DNA from: Eledone cirrhosa
Taxonomy: Eukaryota
Direction: 5' to 3'
Length of the DNA stretch: 38,202 nucleotides
NCBI GenBank assembly: GCA_964016885.1
Contig: CAXHJY010001060.1
Location: 1-38,202 of the forward strand
In this document: positions 15,649 to 26,756 of the stretch, one piece after another
Layout of the letters: the number at the start of each line of letters is the position of its first letter
Position numbering within the stretch: the stretch's first letter is position 1
Notes under the pieces: generated by a model
Databases searched by the model: none
Told to the model about the DNA's origin: nothing
The model's input: only the letters and a program-made list of their open reading frames with translations
Position numbers and translations under genes: made by a program

Positions 15649-15650
<2 letters not shown>
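14930..15650 (+). mobile_element. Penelope-like pseudo-LTR remnant with internal diverged direct repeat
   Basis: Diverged ~135-bp direct repeats at about 14935-15070 and 15155-15292. Intact HHR at 15452-15506 followed by AATAAA. Ends at (TA)n. Confidence 0.55.
15452..15506 (+). ncRNA. Type I hammerhead ribozyme, intact core
   Basis: actgc CTGAAGA ggt-c-acagc aaaagata gctgt-c-acc GAAA tatata TA gcagt AATAAA. All core nucleotides are present, with G10.1-C11.1 and a palindromic stem III. Confidence 0.85.
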
Positions 15651-15694
<44 letters not shown>

Positions 15695-15934
15695 GTTCTG
15701 AGGTAGAAGATGCTAGATGCTCAGTCGTCCACTTGTCTATGATTTTCAGCCCCCATGGATTTTATATGTTATATTCCTTTTTTATATTTCGAATACCTGA
15801 TGATACCACCGGATTCATACGGAACCTGGTCATTGAGATGCTCATTGTGTAATAAAGCTTTCAAGTATTTACACCAGTCCAGCCCCCTGTTATATAATAT
15901 ATATAATATATATATAATATATATATAATATATA

Positions 15935-16030
15935 TTAACTTTGCCTTTCATCCTTACTGGGTCGATAAAATAAAGTACCAGTAATATACTGGAATAATTG
16001 CTGGCCTTGTGCCAAAAGTAGAAACAATTA
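15935..16030 (+). mobile_element. Meta-domain tRNA-SINE, 5'-truncated
   Basis: actttgcctttcatccttactgggtcgataaaataaagtaccag...ggccttgtgccaaaagtagaaac. Confidence 0.88.
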
Positions 16031-16534
16031 TATAATATATGTATAATATATATATATATAATATATATATAATATAATATATATATATTATATAATATAT
16101 GTATAATATATATATATATAATACATATATATTATATAATATATATATATAATATAATATATGTATAATATAATATATGTATAATATATATATATATAAT
16201 ATATATATATAATATAATATATATATATAATATAATATATATATAATATATATATATAATATAATATATATATAATATATATATATAATATAATATATAT
16301 ATATAATATAATATATATATATAATATAATATATATATATAATATAATATATATATATAATATAAAATATATATATATATATAATATATATATAATATAT
16401 ATATATAATATAATATATATATATAATATATATATAATATAATATATATATATAATATATATAATATATATATAAATAATATTTATATACTATAATATAT
16501 AATATATATATATAATATAATATTTATATACTAT

Positions 16535-16567
<33 letters not shown>

Positions 16568-16580
16568 CTATATATAATAT

Positions 16581-16612
<32 letters not shown>

Positions 16613-16730
16613 CTATATATAATATATATATATATAATATATATATATATTATATAAATATATATATTATATATATATATTATATATATATATAAATATA
16701 TTATATATATATAATATATATATAATATAT

Positions 16731-16762
<32 letters not shown>

Positions 16763-16770
16763 AAATATAT

Positions 16771-16802
<32 letters not shown>

Positions 16803-16945
16803 AAATATATATATATATATAAAATTTATATATATTATATATATATATATTATATATATATATATAATATATATATATATATATTATATATATATATTTA
16901 ATATATATATATATATATTATATATATAAAATATATATATATATT
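16031..16945. repeat. Near-pure A/T (TA)n/(TATAA)n array
   Basis: About 900 bp with almost no G or C. Confidence 0.97.
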
Positions 16946-16989
16946 ATACGATATTAAACAAATGGAAACTATATTTATAAAACCATATT

Positions 16990-17055
16990 TATTTCATTAT
17001 ACATATTTCAGGGATACCATATTAAAAATATGGCATGCCTTCGTCAGATAAAATA
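16990..17055 (-). ncRNA. Type I hammerhead ribozyme, intact core
   Basis: Minus strand reads tattttat CTGACGA aggcatgccatatt ttt aatatggtatccct GAAA tatgta TA atgaaata. Stem I is 8 bp and stem II is 14 bp with one mismatch. Confidence 0.8.
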
Positions 17056-17588
17056 CAATATATAAACAGTTTTATAAATAATTTTATATATATAATACAT
17101 ATATAATATATATATATATAATATATATAATATATATGTATATATATTGTATAAACAAAATATATATATATATTATATATATATTATATATATATATATA
17201 TTTGATTATATACATTATATATATATATACACACACGCAGTATATATATATCGAGATATATATATATATATATATACATATGTGCGTGTAATATTTGTAT
17301 AATATTTCATGTACCAAAGAAAATAATACAACAAACTTTTTTCGTCACATTGTTCTCCTCTTCAAGAAATAATATCTCGATTAATATTTTCCATATCTTC
17401 TAAATGTATTCCAAGTTCTTTCTATGTGTTTTCTAAGTGTTTACTAAGTGTCCACTAAGTGATCCTTTAAATATTATCGCAACCTCTCTAGCTTTACAGA
17501 CCAGTATTACATCTAGCGTAAAATATTCCGCCATTTCCATCTTGTGGTCATGGCAATCATTGAAATTATTCTTCCTATATTTAGGGTA

Positions 17589-17665
17589 AGGTGGTGGATT
17601 GGCAGTAGAATATGTGGAGCGTCGGACAACATGATATACGACATAGAGTTATCACCCTTTACGTT
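17589..17665 (+). mobile_element. Meta-SINE 5' head fragment, diverged
   Basis: aggtggtggattggcagta...gtcggacaacatg..gacatagagtta resembles 19440-19500. Confidence 0.65.
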
Positions 17666-17772
17666 GAAACATTTATTTTTCCTTTGGCAACAAGCTTGAA
17701 ACAAATAAGACTGTTTTATTGTATCTCTATGTCTGTCTTTTTTATTCTTATTTATATATTTTCACACACACT

Positions 17773-17830
<58 letters not shown>

Positions 17831-17831
<1 letters not shown>

Positions 17832-18142
17832 ACATACATACATGATGGCTGCAAACTCTGCGAAGAGTATTGCAATCGCTTGTCGGATTATAGAGTTTGG
17901 TGCACTTTTAGGCTACGGTCAGCCACACGAACCTGTAACATAACCTGAACAAGCAATGCCTGTGCTTTGAAGGTTTTTTAAGTGGGGAAAGGCCTTGCAC
18001 TCTACCAATCCCACTCTCTGAGCATCAAAAACACTAGCTGAGAAGGAGAATTGGTCAAAATCATCGGATGCTTTCCAAGTCACATGTTTTTTTTTTTCAA
18101 AATTTCCCTCCCCAACAACTGGGGGCCTTTCACCCCCAGGTT
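17831..18142 (-). mobile_element. RTE-related non-autonomous element, 5'-truncated (same family as 23055-23520)
   Basis: Approximate reverse complement of 23190-23515, with a (TATG)n tail on the minus strand. Confidence 0.8.
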
Positions 18143-18203
18143 AATACACACACACACACACAAACACACAAACACACACACGCACACATACATTAAATAT
18201 ATA

Positions 18204-18317
18204 TAAAGTTGTATCTGTTTAACTACAGAGTGTGTAACCGAGACAACATCAGCGTGTATGTATGTATGTTGGTGCAGTCTCGGTTACACACATTCTATTT
18301 AAGCAGATATAACTTTA
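18204..18317 (+). repeat. 114-bp fold-back hairpin
   Basis: taaagttgtatctgtttaa..gtgtgtaaccgagac pairs with gtctcggttacacac..ttaagcagatataacttta around a (TATG) loop. Confidence 0.85.
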
Positions 18318-18367
18318 TCACACTTCAGTTGCTAGCACACTTCTTACAGTAATATATATATATACAG

Positions 18368-18415
<48 letters not shown>

Positions 18416-18476
18416 TTCTGTGTGTATCAGTGCAAATGTGTGCGTGTGTATATGTTTGTGTGACTATTATTTTCCA

Positions 18477-18541
18477 GCAGTATCGGAAGAGGGTCGGACG
18501 CCATGCTTTGACGCATTGAGTTACGGCCCTTTCCATTCTGA
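18477..18541 (+). mobile_element. Meta-SINE 5' head fragment
   Basis: gcagtatcggaagagggtcggacgccatgctttgacgcattgagttacggccctttccattctga matches 19453-19517. Confidence 0.85.
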
Positions 18542-18653
18542 CACACCCTATAAGTAAACATTCACAACACAGACAAAAGAAACACATATTACATACTCCC
18601 TTTATAATTAATTTCTTAAACAATGAATACGAATTATTTCATATTATTATCCA

Positions 18654-18817
18654 TTATCGACCCCGTAAAGATGAAAGGGAAAGTTAACCTCGGCGCGATT
18701 TCAACTTTATGATCTGAGTTCAAATCCCGCCGTGGTCAACTTTGCGGGGTCGATAAAATAAAGTACAAGTAATGTACTAGGTAATGTCTGGCCTTGTGCC
18801 AAAAGTAGAAACAATTA
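18654..18817 (+). mobile_element. Meta-SINE with an inverted duplication at its 5' end
   Basis: The minus-strand fragment 18654-18706 is joined to the plus-strand body 18713-18817, which has an internal deletion in the Meta domain. Confidence 0.82.
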
Positions 18818-19216
18818 TTTTCCAAATGAAGTCAACGACTACAACATCAACAACTACAACGAGGGAATTTATAAAATAAAAATAGTTATTAGGTATTCCC
18901 TGGAGTATGAATAGATAAGGGCTATCCATTGTATTTGAAATAAATCAACATGAACACATCACATTATCATTCGGTTGCTTAAAGCTCTTCAGTCAGACTC
19001 TTGTCATTGTCCTTCCTGTTCTCTAGAATATAGTGTCTTCACCTAAATTATTCCTTCATCAGGACAATCATTATTTCTATTCATCTAAACAATATGAATT
19101 TTTTTATTAGTGAAAATGTCGCGAAAGAAATTAAAAAAATAAACAATAAATATATAAATGAATAAATAAATAATTAAATAAAATAAATAAATAACTAAAA
19201 CAAATAAATAAATATA

Positions 19217-19378
19217 TAATTGTTTCTACTTTTGGCACTAGGCCAGCAATTATTCCAGTGTATTACTGGTACTTTATTTTATCGACCCCGTCAGGATGAA
19301 AAGCAAAGTTAACCTCGGTGGGATTTGAACGCCGATCGTAAAGGGACACAATCATTTGTTATAAAGCATGTTGTCCGA
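19217..19378 (-). mobile_element. Meta-domain tRNA-SINE
   Basis: tgtttctacttttggcactaggccagc...actttattttatcgaccccgtcaggatgaaaagcaaagttaacctcggtgggatttgaac. Confidence 0.88.
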
Positions 19379-19437
19379 TTAAAATATTAACGAATGGTGT
19401 TTGTTTTATCTCATATTGCTCTATTATATTCCTATAA

Positions 19438-19626
19438 ATAGGTGGTGGATTGGCAGTATCGGTAGAGGGTCGGACGCCATGCTTTGACGCATAGAGTTAC
19501 GGCCCTTGCCATTCTGAGTTCAAATCCCGCCGAGGTTAACTTTACCTTTCATCCTTACGGTGTCGATAAAATAAAGTACCAGTAATGCACTGGGTACTTG
19601 CTGGCCTTGTGCCAAAATTAGAAACA
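19438..19626 (+). mobile_element. Full-length Meta-domain tRNA-SINE with 15-bp target-site duplication (TSD)
   Basis: A-box-like tggcagtatcgg, B-box gagttcaaatccc and central cctttcatccttacggtgtcgataaa. TSD attatattcctataa at 19423-19437 and 19627-19641. Confidence 0.92.
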
Positions 19627-19680
19627 ATTATATTCCTATAATGTTTCCTTCGTTTCAACAATGTTCTCAAGTATTTGAAG

Positions 19681-20002
19681 CAGGCATGGGCAACCTTTTT
19701 CGAGAAGCGGGCCGCATGAGATATGGCTCATCATCAGGCGGGCCGCAAGCACTAATTTACATTCATGCCCATATTTAAAAAAAAAAAAAAAATAGGGCGG
19801 TAACTCAGGTTGTTTTGATTTGTTTCTTCAGAATTCGTACACGTTCTGTTCCTCGATTGTAAAAATGATAGAAAGATAAATTATGACTGAAAAGTTGGGG
19901 TAAAAAAAAATCAGAAAAATGTCACTTAGGTGACTTAGGGGAGCCATTCAGAAAGCTTCGCGGGCCGCATGCTGCTTGTGGGCCACAGGTTGCACATGAC
20001 TG
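19681..20002. mobile_element. hAT (Charlie-like) MITE
   Basis: TIRs caggcatgggcaacct / aggttgcacatgactg and subterminal gcgggccgca motifs. The 8-bp flanks atttgaag / atttagag match at 6 of 8. Confidence 0.85.
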
Positions 20003-20254
20003 ATTTAGAGTATCATATCAACACCAATACACATTTTCGTTTATGCATTTATTTGGTTGTTTTTAAATCAATTTAATAGTCCGTATAGAGCTAGTAAGTC
20101 ATGTCAAACTAGGAGACGTATCTATTATCAGATATATATATATATAGACAGCGAGTGAACCATGTATCTAATATAAATATAGTTAGACTTTTGGCTATAT
20201 ATATAGTTGGTAGGCTAGGCCAGGGTAAGAGAGCTATTTAATACACTTTATTTA

Positions 20255-20610
20255 GTGTGATCGTTATAATAATGATGGCGATGATCGTTATAATGATGAT
20301 GGCGATGATTGTTATGATGATGATGCTAATGATATATTATAATGGTGATGAAGATGATGGTAATGATGGTTATAACGGTGATGAAGATGATGGTAATGAT
20401 GGTTATAATGATGATGATGGTAATTATGGTTATAATGATGATGATGATGATGGTAATGATGGTTATAATGAAGATGATGGTAATGATGGTTATGATGATG
20501 ATGGTAATGATGGTTATAATGGTGGTGGTGGTGATGATGGTAATTATGGTTATAATGGTGGTGGTGATGAAGATGATGGTAATGATGGTTATAATGATGA
20601 TGATGATAGC
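20255..20610. repeat. (GAT)n-derived repeat with gatggtaatgatggttataat modules
   Basis: Direct inspection of the sequence. Confidence 0.92.
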
Positions 20611-20704
20611 CAAAAGGAAAGTTGATCGTCAACAGCAAATATTAGAAGATTCAACTGCAATTTAATGATTGTAATTCTATCGGATTATCGGTTAATAGCA
20701 AAAT

Positions 20705-20985
20705 GGTGGGGTGAGGTAAGAGGATGATTAGTGTGGTGGGGGGGTAAGTTAGTATGGTGGGAGGTTAGTGAGGTGGTAGGTTAGTGAGGTGGGAGGATGG
20801 TTAGGTGGGAGGATGGTTAGTGAGGTGGGAGGCTGGTTAGTGTGGTGAGAGGATGGTTAGTGAGGTAGAGGATGGTTAGTGAGGTGCGAGGTTGATTAGG
20901 TTGGAGGATGATTAGGGAGGTGGGAGGATGGTTAGTGGGGTGAGAGTCTGGTTAGTGTGGTGAGAGGATGGTTAGTGAGGTGACC
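20705..20985. repeat. G-rich ~20-bp minisatellite (GGTTAGTGAGGTGGGAGGAT)
   Basis: Roughly a dozen diverged copies. Confidence 0.85.
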
Positions 20986-21014
20986 AAAGCTATTAGAAAT
21001 GGTGGAATAAATTT

Positions 21015-21570
21015 ACACCTACAACACTTACAAGAACGCCTACAACAACTACAACACCTACAACAATAACATCTACAACAACAACATCTACAACAACTAC
21101 AACAACAACGATCACAACAATAGTAGCCACGTGAACGCCGACAACAATAGCAGCCGCAACAACTCAACACCAACAACAACATCAGCACCACCAACAACAA
21201 AAAACATGCGCATCATCATCACCAACATCACCACCAACATCACCAACAACAGCACCAACACCACCAGCAACAGCACCACCAACTACACCACCAACACCAT
21301 TAACACCAGCACCAACACCAACAACACACCACCAACAACAACACCACCAACTACACCAATAATAGCAGCAACACCACCACCAAGAACACCAACACCACCA
21401 ACAACATCAACAACAATAGCAACAACACGACCAACATCACCAACACCACCAACAACATCAACAACAATACCAACAACACCACCAACATCAACACCAACAG
21501 TAGCAGCAACACCACCAACAACAATAGCAACAACACCACCAACATCAATAGCAACAACACGGCCAACATA
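21015..21570. repeat. (CAA/CAC/CAG)n compound microsatellite
   Basis: Direct inspection of the sequence. Confidence 0.92.
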
Positions 21571-21858
21571 AGAACTAAGGAGACCAATGAGATAACTACC
21601 AGATACTTAGCATTAATATGTCATAAAACTATTGTTAGCAAAGCAGTGATCCTTTCTTTAGAGATAATATATGTCTAGAAACAATCATAGGAGATATCTA
21701 TTGTGAAGAAATTGACATTTATGGTCTTTTCAAAATTCTTACATATCGATAAATATATAGGAAAATAAAAGGGACTGGAATTGGTGAAGCACTCACGTTA
21801 GTCGAAATTAATGTGTGTATATATAAATATTTTATATTTCTGTGCTGTCGGCACCTTG

Positions 21859-21905
<47 letters not shown>

Positions 21906-22110
21906 GTTTTGCGAGGTTTTTTATATGAAATCGTGTGTCGAAACAAATATTGTTATACTTGGGGAGGGTCATATTGTTGTAATAATATTGCCAGAAATAA
22001 TAACAGAACACACTCACTGTTTGGTTATATATATGTATATAGTTCAAAGAAACGGCAAAACAAAGATACAAAAAGTCTTAGTTTCACGCTTTTGGAAATA
22101 TATATATTAA

Positions 22111-22196
22111 AAGAGTCAGGCACCTGACGGCTGAGCACTATGCTGGCTTAGTTCGGATCTAGCTGCCGAAAGGGCCGGAGCTCAGTCGTCGGGGTC

Positions 22197-22200
<4 letters not shown>
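22111..22200 (+). mobile_element. Family X fragment with inverted head
   Basis: ctgacggctgagc pairs with gctcagtcgtcgg. The segment ggcttagttcggatctagctg is shared with 32896-32916. Confidence 0.7.
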
Positions 22201-22241
<41 letters not shown>

Positions 22242-22829
22242 CACAAGTGTGAGTGTTTGCTTGTGTGTGCGTGTATCTGTATATATATATTCGAGATGAG
22301 GTATATTTATGAAATGAAATTGTAAATTTTGATATTTTAAAAATACAAAAAAAAAAAAAAGAATAGCAGTAAGAACGACCAATTTCAGCTTAAGATTAAG
22401 AATACCTTTCGGGTTTATTTATATTACATTAAGAAACGAGGATATGATATGTGATACACGCTTGCCATTCGTTTGCAAGATTTCAAATTGGATTAAATTG
22501 TTATACGTATTAAGTCGACGAACAATTTCTGCAATGGAAAATCAAATTTGTTAAACTTATTTGTAAAATCACGTATGTTTGAAACCCTATAAATGTAAAG
22601 AGATGTTGCTTTAGTTAATTACGTTGAGATCAAGAGGTGTTTAAAAACGATAGAACCATTGAAGTAAATTTATTGAAGAAGCTACAAAGTCTCGTTTGAA
22701 TAATGAGTTAGGTAACAAATATATTTATTCACTTATAAGAGTTTCGTTAACATTATGAGTCATAATTTGAGTTGTATACTGGGAAATAATATAACGTTAA
22801 GATTAATATGGAAACAATAATTTAATAAT

Positions 22830-23013
22830 TGTTTCTACATTTGGCACAAGGCCAACAATAACCCAGTACATTACTGGTACTTTATTTTATCGACCTCTGT
22901 ATGGATGAAAGGCAAAGTTAACCTCGGCGGGATTTGAACTCAGATCGTAAAGGGACGTAACTATGATGGAAAGCATGTCCGACCCTCTATCGATACTGCC
23001 AATTCACCGCCCT
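22830..23013 (-). mobile_element. Full-length Meta-domain tRNA-SINE
   Basis: Complete head-to-tail match to 19438-19626. Candidate TSD aatttaataat at 22819-22829 and 23019-23029. Confidence 0.9.
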
Positions 23014-23054
23014 AAAACAATTTAATAATATCGTGTATATATGTATGTATGTAT

Positions 23055-23520
23055 GTCTCATGGTCGGGTCGTCGGCGACTAAACCGGCAACCCCACCAAG
23101 CTTGCTCGGTGAGGGCGATATTTGGACCCGGCGAAGGGCGGAGGAACTCAGCAGAGTCAACGGCCATCCAAATAGTACAATGTTTTTTCACCTGGGAGTG
23201 AAAGACCCCCAGTTGTTGTCACAACACGTTTCTAAGAGAGGGAAACTCTGAAAAAAAAACCTGCGGCTTCGAAAGCATCCGATGATGTTGACCAGTTCTC
23301 TTTTTCAGCTAGTGTTTTTGATGCTCAGAGAGTGGGATTGGTCGAGTGCAAGGCCTTTCCCCACTTAAAAAAACTTCAAAGCACAGGCATTGCTTGTTCA
23401 GGTTATGTTATAGGTTCGTGAGGCTGGCCGTAGCCTTAAAGCGCACCAAACTCTAGAAGCTGACAAGCGATTGCAATACTCTTAGCAGACTTTGCAGTAA
23501 TCATGTATGTATGTATGCAT
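23055..23520 (+). mobile_element. RTE-related non-autonomous retroelement with (TATG)n tail
   Basis: A second copy lies at 17831-18142 on the minus strand. It has a GC-rich structured 5' part and no ORF, and ends caatactc...catgtatgtatg. The RTE assignment is inferred. Confidence 0.65.
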
Positions 23521-23579
23521 GCATGCATGCTAAATATATGGGGGATGTTAGTCCGTGCCTAGAATGAGGTTTGAAAGAA

Positions 23580-24230
23580 ACTTTTACCTGTGGGGAATGC
23601 GGACATGTATGCCAAAGGCTGGACTACTAAGCCATAGCAGACGGAAATAGCACCTTTGAGTACCCCCCCCCCCCATACACCTTGATTTTGTATGTGGCAT
23701 CTGCAATAAAATGATTCACATTGCAAGTGAGCTAACTGCAAGCGGCACCACAAGGCATGCCAAGGCATGCCAGACTGAAGTAGGTGGTAAACGTAACTGT
23801 AGATTGTGTCGTATGGCATATACCGTATTTTCCGGCGCCGAAGACGCTTCGTCCTCGAGGATATACCCTAATTTTGACAACCAAAAATATGAAAGAAAAA
23901 AAAATGAAAAAAATAAACAACCTTCAGTCTCCAGGACGCAGGGTAGATTTTTGACAATTATTTTAGGAAAAAAGTAGCGTCTTCGACGCCGGGATATACG
24001 GTAATTCACTTCCTGGTGTGATGAGCCATTTAAGGCGGCATCAGCGACAACATCAATAACATGTTTTTGGAGTTGTCTATTTGCCCATTTTTATTCTATT
24101 TTTTATTTCTCGTTCTAAGAAGTGACCCTACTCGTACACGAGTAAGCTTTCCACTATGTACGTATGTATGTATGTATGTATGTATGTATGTATGTATGTA
24201 TGTATGTATGTATGTATGTATGTATGTATG
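23580..24230 (+). pseudogene. 3' end of an RTE-like LINE: three decayed C2H2-type fingers, 3' UTR hairpin and (TATG)n tail, interrupted by a MITE
   Basis: FTCGECGHVC..AGLLSHSR; FVCGICNKM..KRHHK; and CRLCRMAYNSLPGVMSHLRRH after removing the MITE. Stop at about 24058, hairpin tactcgtacacgagta, (TATG)n at 24155-24230. Confidence 0.65.
23823..24001. mobile_element. Tc1/mariner-superfamily (Tc2/pogo-like) MITE
   Basis: TIRs ccgtattttccggcgccgaagacgct / agcgtcttcgacgccgggatatacgg. TA TSD at 23821-22 and 24002-03. Confidence 0.9.
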
Positions 24231-24399
24231 TTAGATCCCATAAATATTGGCGGAGTCGTAGGGGCACCGTAGTAACATAGGGCGTTTCTGGGTATTTTAA
24301 GCCCATCTTCTCTCCAGGTTTAAACACAGCAGATTTCTAGATTTCTTCCAGAGAAGGATAGAGAGTGAAAGAGAAGAAGTGAGAAAGAGATATAGAGGA

Positions 24400-24520
24400 T
24401 GAATCAACCCCAGTACTAGACTGGTACATTTTTTATCGACCTGGAAAGAATGAAAGGCAAAGTTGACCTCGGAGAGCGAAGGGCCGGAAGGAATACCGCA
24501 AAACATTCTACCCGCCTAGC
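24400..24520 (-). mobile_element. Older, diverged Meta-SINE subfamily copy
   Basis: ccccagtactagactggtacattttttatcgacctggaaagaatgaaaggcaaagttgacctcgg. Confidence 0.75.
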
Positions 24521-24603
24521 ATAATATCATAAACCAGTTATTATATCATAAAGTATTATATTATATATGCGGTGGATTGTATATGCGGTGGATTGTATTA
24601 TAT

Positions 24604-24700
24604 AGGCGGTGGGGTGGCAGTATCGGTAGAGGGTCGGACACCATGCTTTGACGCATAGAGTTACGGTCCTTGCCATTCTGAGTTCAAATCCTGTCGAGGT
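24604..24700 (+). mobile_element. Meta-SINE 5' half, truncated by (GGT)n
   Basis: Matches 19440-19536, including the B-box gagttcaaatcc. Confidence 0.85.
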
Positions 24701-25190
24701 GTTGTTGTTAGTGAAGGTGGTGCTGGTAGTGGTGGTGGTGGTGATGGAGGTGATGGTGGTGGTGGTGTTGGTGCTGTTGTTGTTAGTGAGGGTGGTGGTG
24801 ATGGTAATGGTCGTGGTGAAGGTGGTGGGGGTGGTGGTAGTGGTGGTGCTGGTGTTGGTGATAATGGTGGTGTCGGTGTTGTTGTTAGTGAAGGTGGTGG
24901 TGATGGTAATGGTCGTGGTGAAGATGGTGGTGGTGGTAGTGGTGTTGGTGAAGGTGGTGGTGGTGGTAGTGGTGGTGCTGGTGGTGGTGATGGTGGTGTT
25001 GGTGTTGTTGTTAGTGAAGGTGGTGGTGATTGTAATAGTCGTGGTAATGGTCGTGGTGAAGGTGCTGGTGCTGGTGTTGTTGGTTCTCGTGGATGTTGAG
25101 ATAGTGGTATTGGTGTTGTTGTGGTTCTCGTGGATATTGGGGTGGTGTTACTGCTGCTGGAGGAGGAGGAGGCGAAAGTGGTGGTGGTGA
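24700..25190. repeat. (GGT/GTT)n compound microsatellite
   Basis: Direct inspection of the sequence. Confidence 0.93.
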
Positions 25191-25444
25191 GAGGTTTATA
25201 CAAACTCATTACTTTTCCGTTTATATAGACATTGGTTCGAGGTTAATTATAGTGTGTCATAATTAATTCAGAATATAATTGCATAGAACCCTGTTCTTCC
25301 TTTGGGGATCCTAATACCTCTTTGATTCCAGAATAATCTGCCATTATTCCAGTTTTCCATTCTGCGTTTCAACTCTTTTAGAGATTTATTAATTTATTTC
25401 TCTATCTATTTATTTATTTATTTATTCATTCAATCTATCCTTCG

Positions 25445-26030
25445 ACCCACCGCCACCATCACCATCACCACCACCACCACCACCACCTTCACCACAACCA
25501 TTACCATCATCACCACCACCACCACCATCACCACCAACATCATCACTAACACCATCACCACAACCATTACCAACACCACCACCACCACCATCACTAATAA
25601 CAACCACAAAACAAGAACAAAACCCTCATCATCACCACCACCCACAACAACGACAGCTCAACAACAACAACAACAACAGCATCGACAACAACAACAACAA
25701 CAACAACAACACGAACAAGAGCATCATTATCATCACCAACAACGACAACAACAACATTAGCACCACAACCAACAACAGCAACAAAAAATGTGCATCATCA
25801 ACACCAACAATCACAACTCTACAACAACAACACCACCAACATCACCAACAACAACACCACCACCACCAGCAACATCGCCAACAACAACAACAACACCACC
25901 ACCACCACCAACAACACCAACACCAGCAACAGCAACAACAACATCAACAATCACAACAACACCACCACCAACATCACCACCACCAACAGCAACAACATAA
26001 ACAACCACAACATCAGCTGCAGCAACATCA
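25445..26030. repeat. (CAC/CAA)n compound microsatellite
   Basis: Direct inspection of the sequence. Confidence 0.93.
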
Positions 26031-26239
26031 CGGAACATTCATTTGTTTTCTGTGATGCATTCTTTTTTTTTTAATTAATAAATAATAATTATTGATTTAT
26101 TTTTAAAATAATTATCTTTTATCAATCAGTTTTATCATCATGAATATAGAGTGAGATTTCTTCGGGTTTGGGTTCTGGAAGGTCCTCAGGGACTCACGAT
26201 TCCCTATTTCATTGCCAGGAACCATTTGTTATGTAAAAC

Positions 26240-26665
26240 GGGTGAGATCGGGGTGGAGTCGGGTATATTGAGGTGTTCCAGGAACGTGTGAGATGGAGGT
26301 GGGGCTTCCAGGAAAGTGTGAGATGGAGGTGGTGTCGGCTGTGTTGTGGTGTTCCATGAAAGTGAGAGATCGGAGTGGAGTCGGGTACGTTGAGGTGTTT
26401 CAGGAACGTGCGAGATGGAGGTGGTGTCGCTTGTGAGATGGAGGTAGAGTCGGGTGGGAAATGGAGGTGGTGTTCCAGGAAAGTGTGAGATGAAGGTGCT
26501 GTCGGGTGTGAGATGGAAGCGTTGTCGGGTGTGAGATGGAGGTGGCGTCAGGTGTGAAATGGAGGTGGCGTCAGGTGTGAAATGGAGGTGGTGTCGGGTA
26601 CATTGAGGTATTCCAGGAACGTGTAAGATGGAGGTGGTGTCGGGTGTGTTTTGGTGTTCCAGGAA
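26240..26665. repeat. Modular minisatellite (gtgagatggaggtggtgtcgggt / ggtgttccaggaa)
   Basis: More than 10 copies of a ~22-bp module, interleaved with gttccaggaa. Confidence 0.85.
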
Positions 26666-26756
26666 AGAGTTTGCCCCATTGCCCATCTCTAGTTTTTTCT
26701 TTTGTCTTTTTCTTTCCTCTTCTTTTACTTATCTTTAAAGGTAAAGATCCTATTTG

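Noticed and set aside
19438-19535. tRNA gene
   Set aside because: The A/B boxes belong to a multi-copy SINE head that continues into the Meta domain, with no complete cloverleaf.
20705-20985. Interstitial telomeric repeat
   Set aside because: Contains GGTTAG but not tandem (TTAGGG)n; it is a ~20-bp minisatellite.
22405-22530. Possible exon: plus-strand DMICDTRLPFVCK (C-type-lectin-like) or minus-strand acceptor ttttccattgcag followed by IVRRLNTYNNLIQFEILQTNGKRVSHIISSFLNVI*
   Set aside because: Short, with no partner exons or recognisable full domain. It could be chance and needs RNA-seq or tBLASTn.
25270-25390. Minus-strand KELKRRMENWNNGRLFWNQRGIRIPK.., faintly like an RTE RT C-terminal region (similar trace near 17380-17430)
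   Set aside because: Too degraded to support without a profile search.
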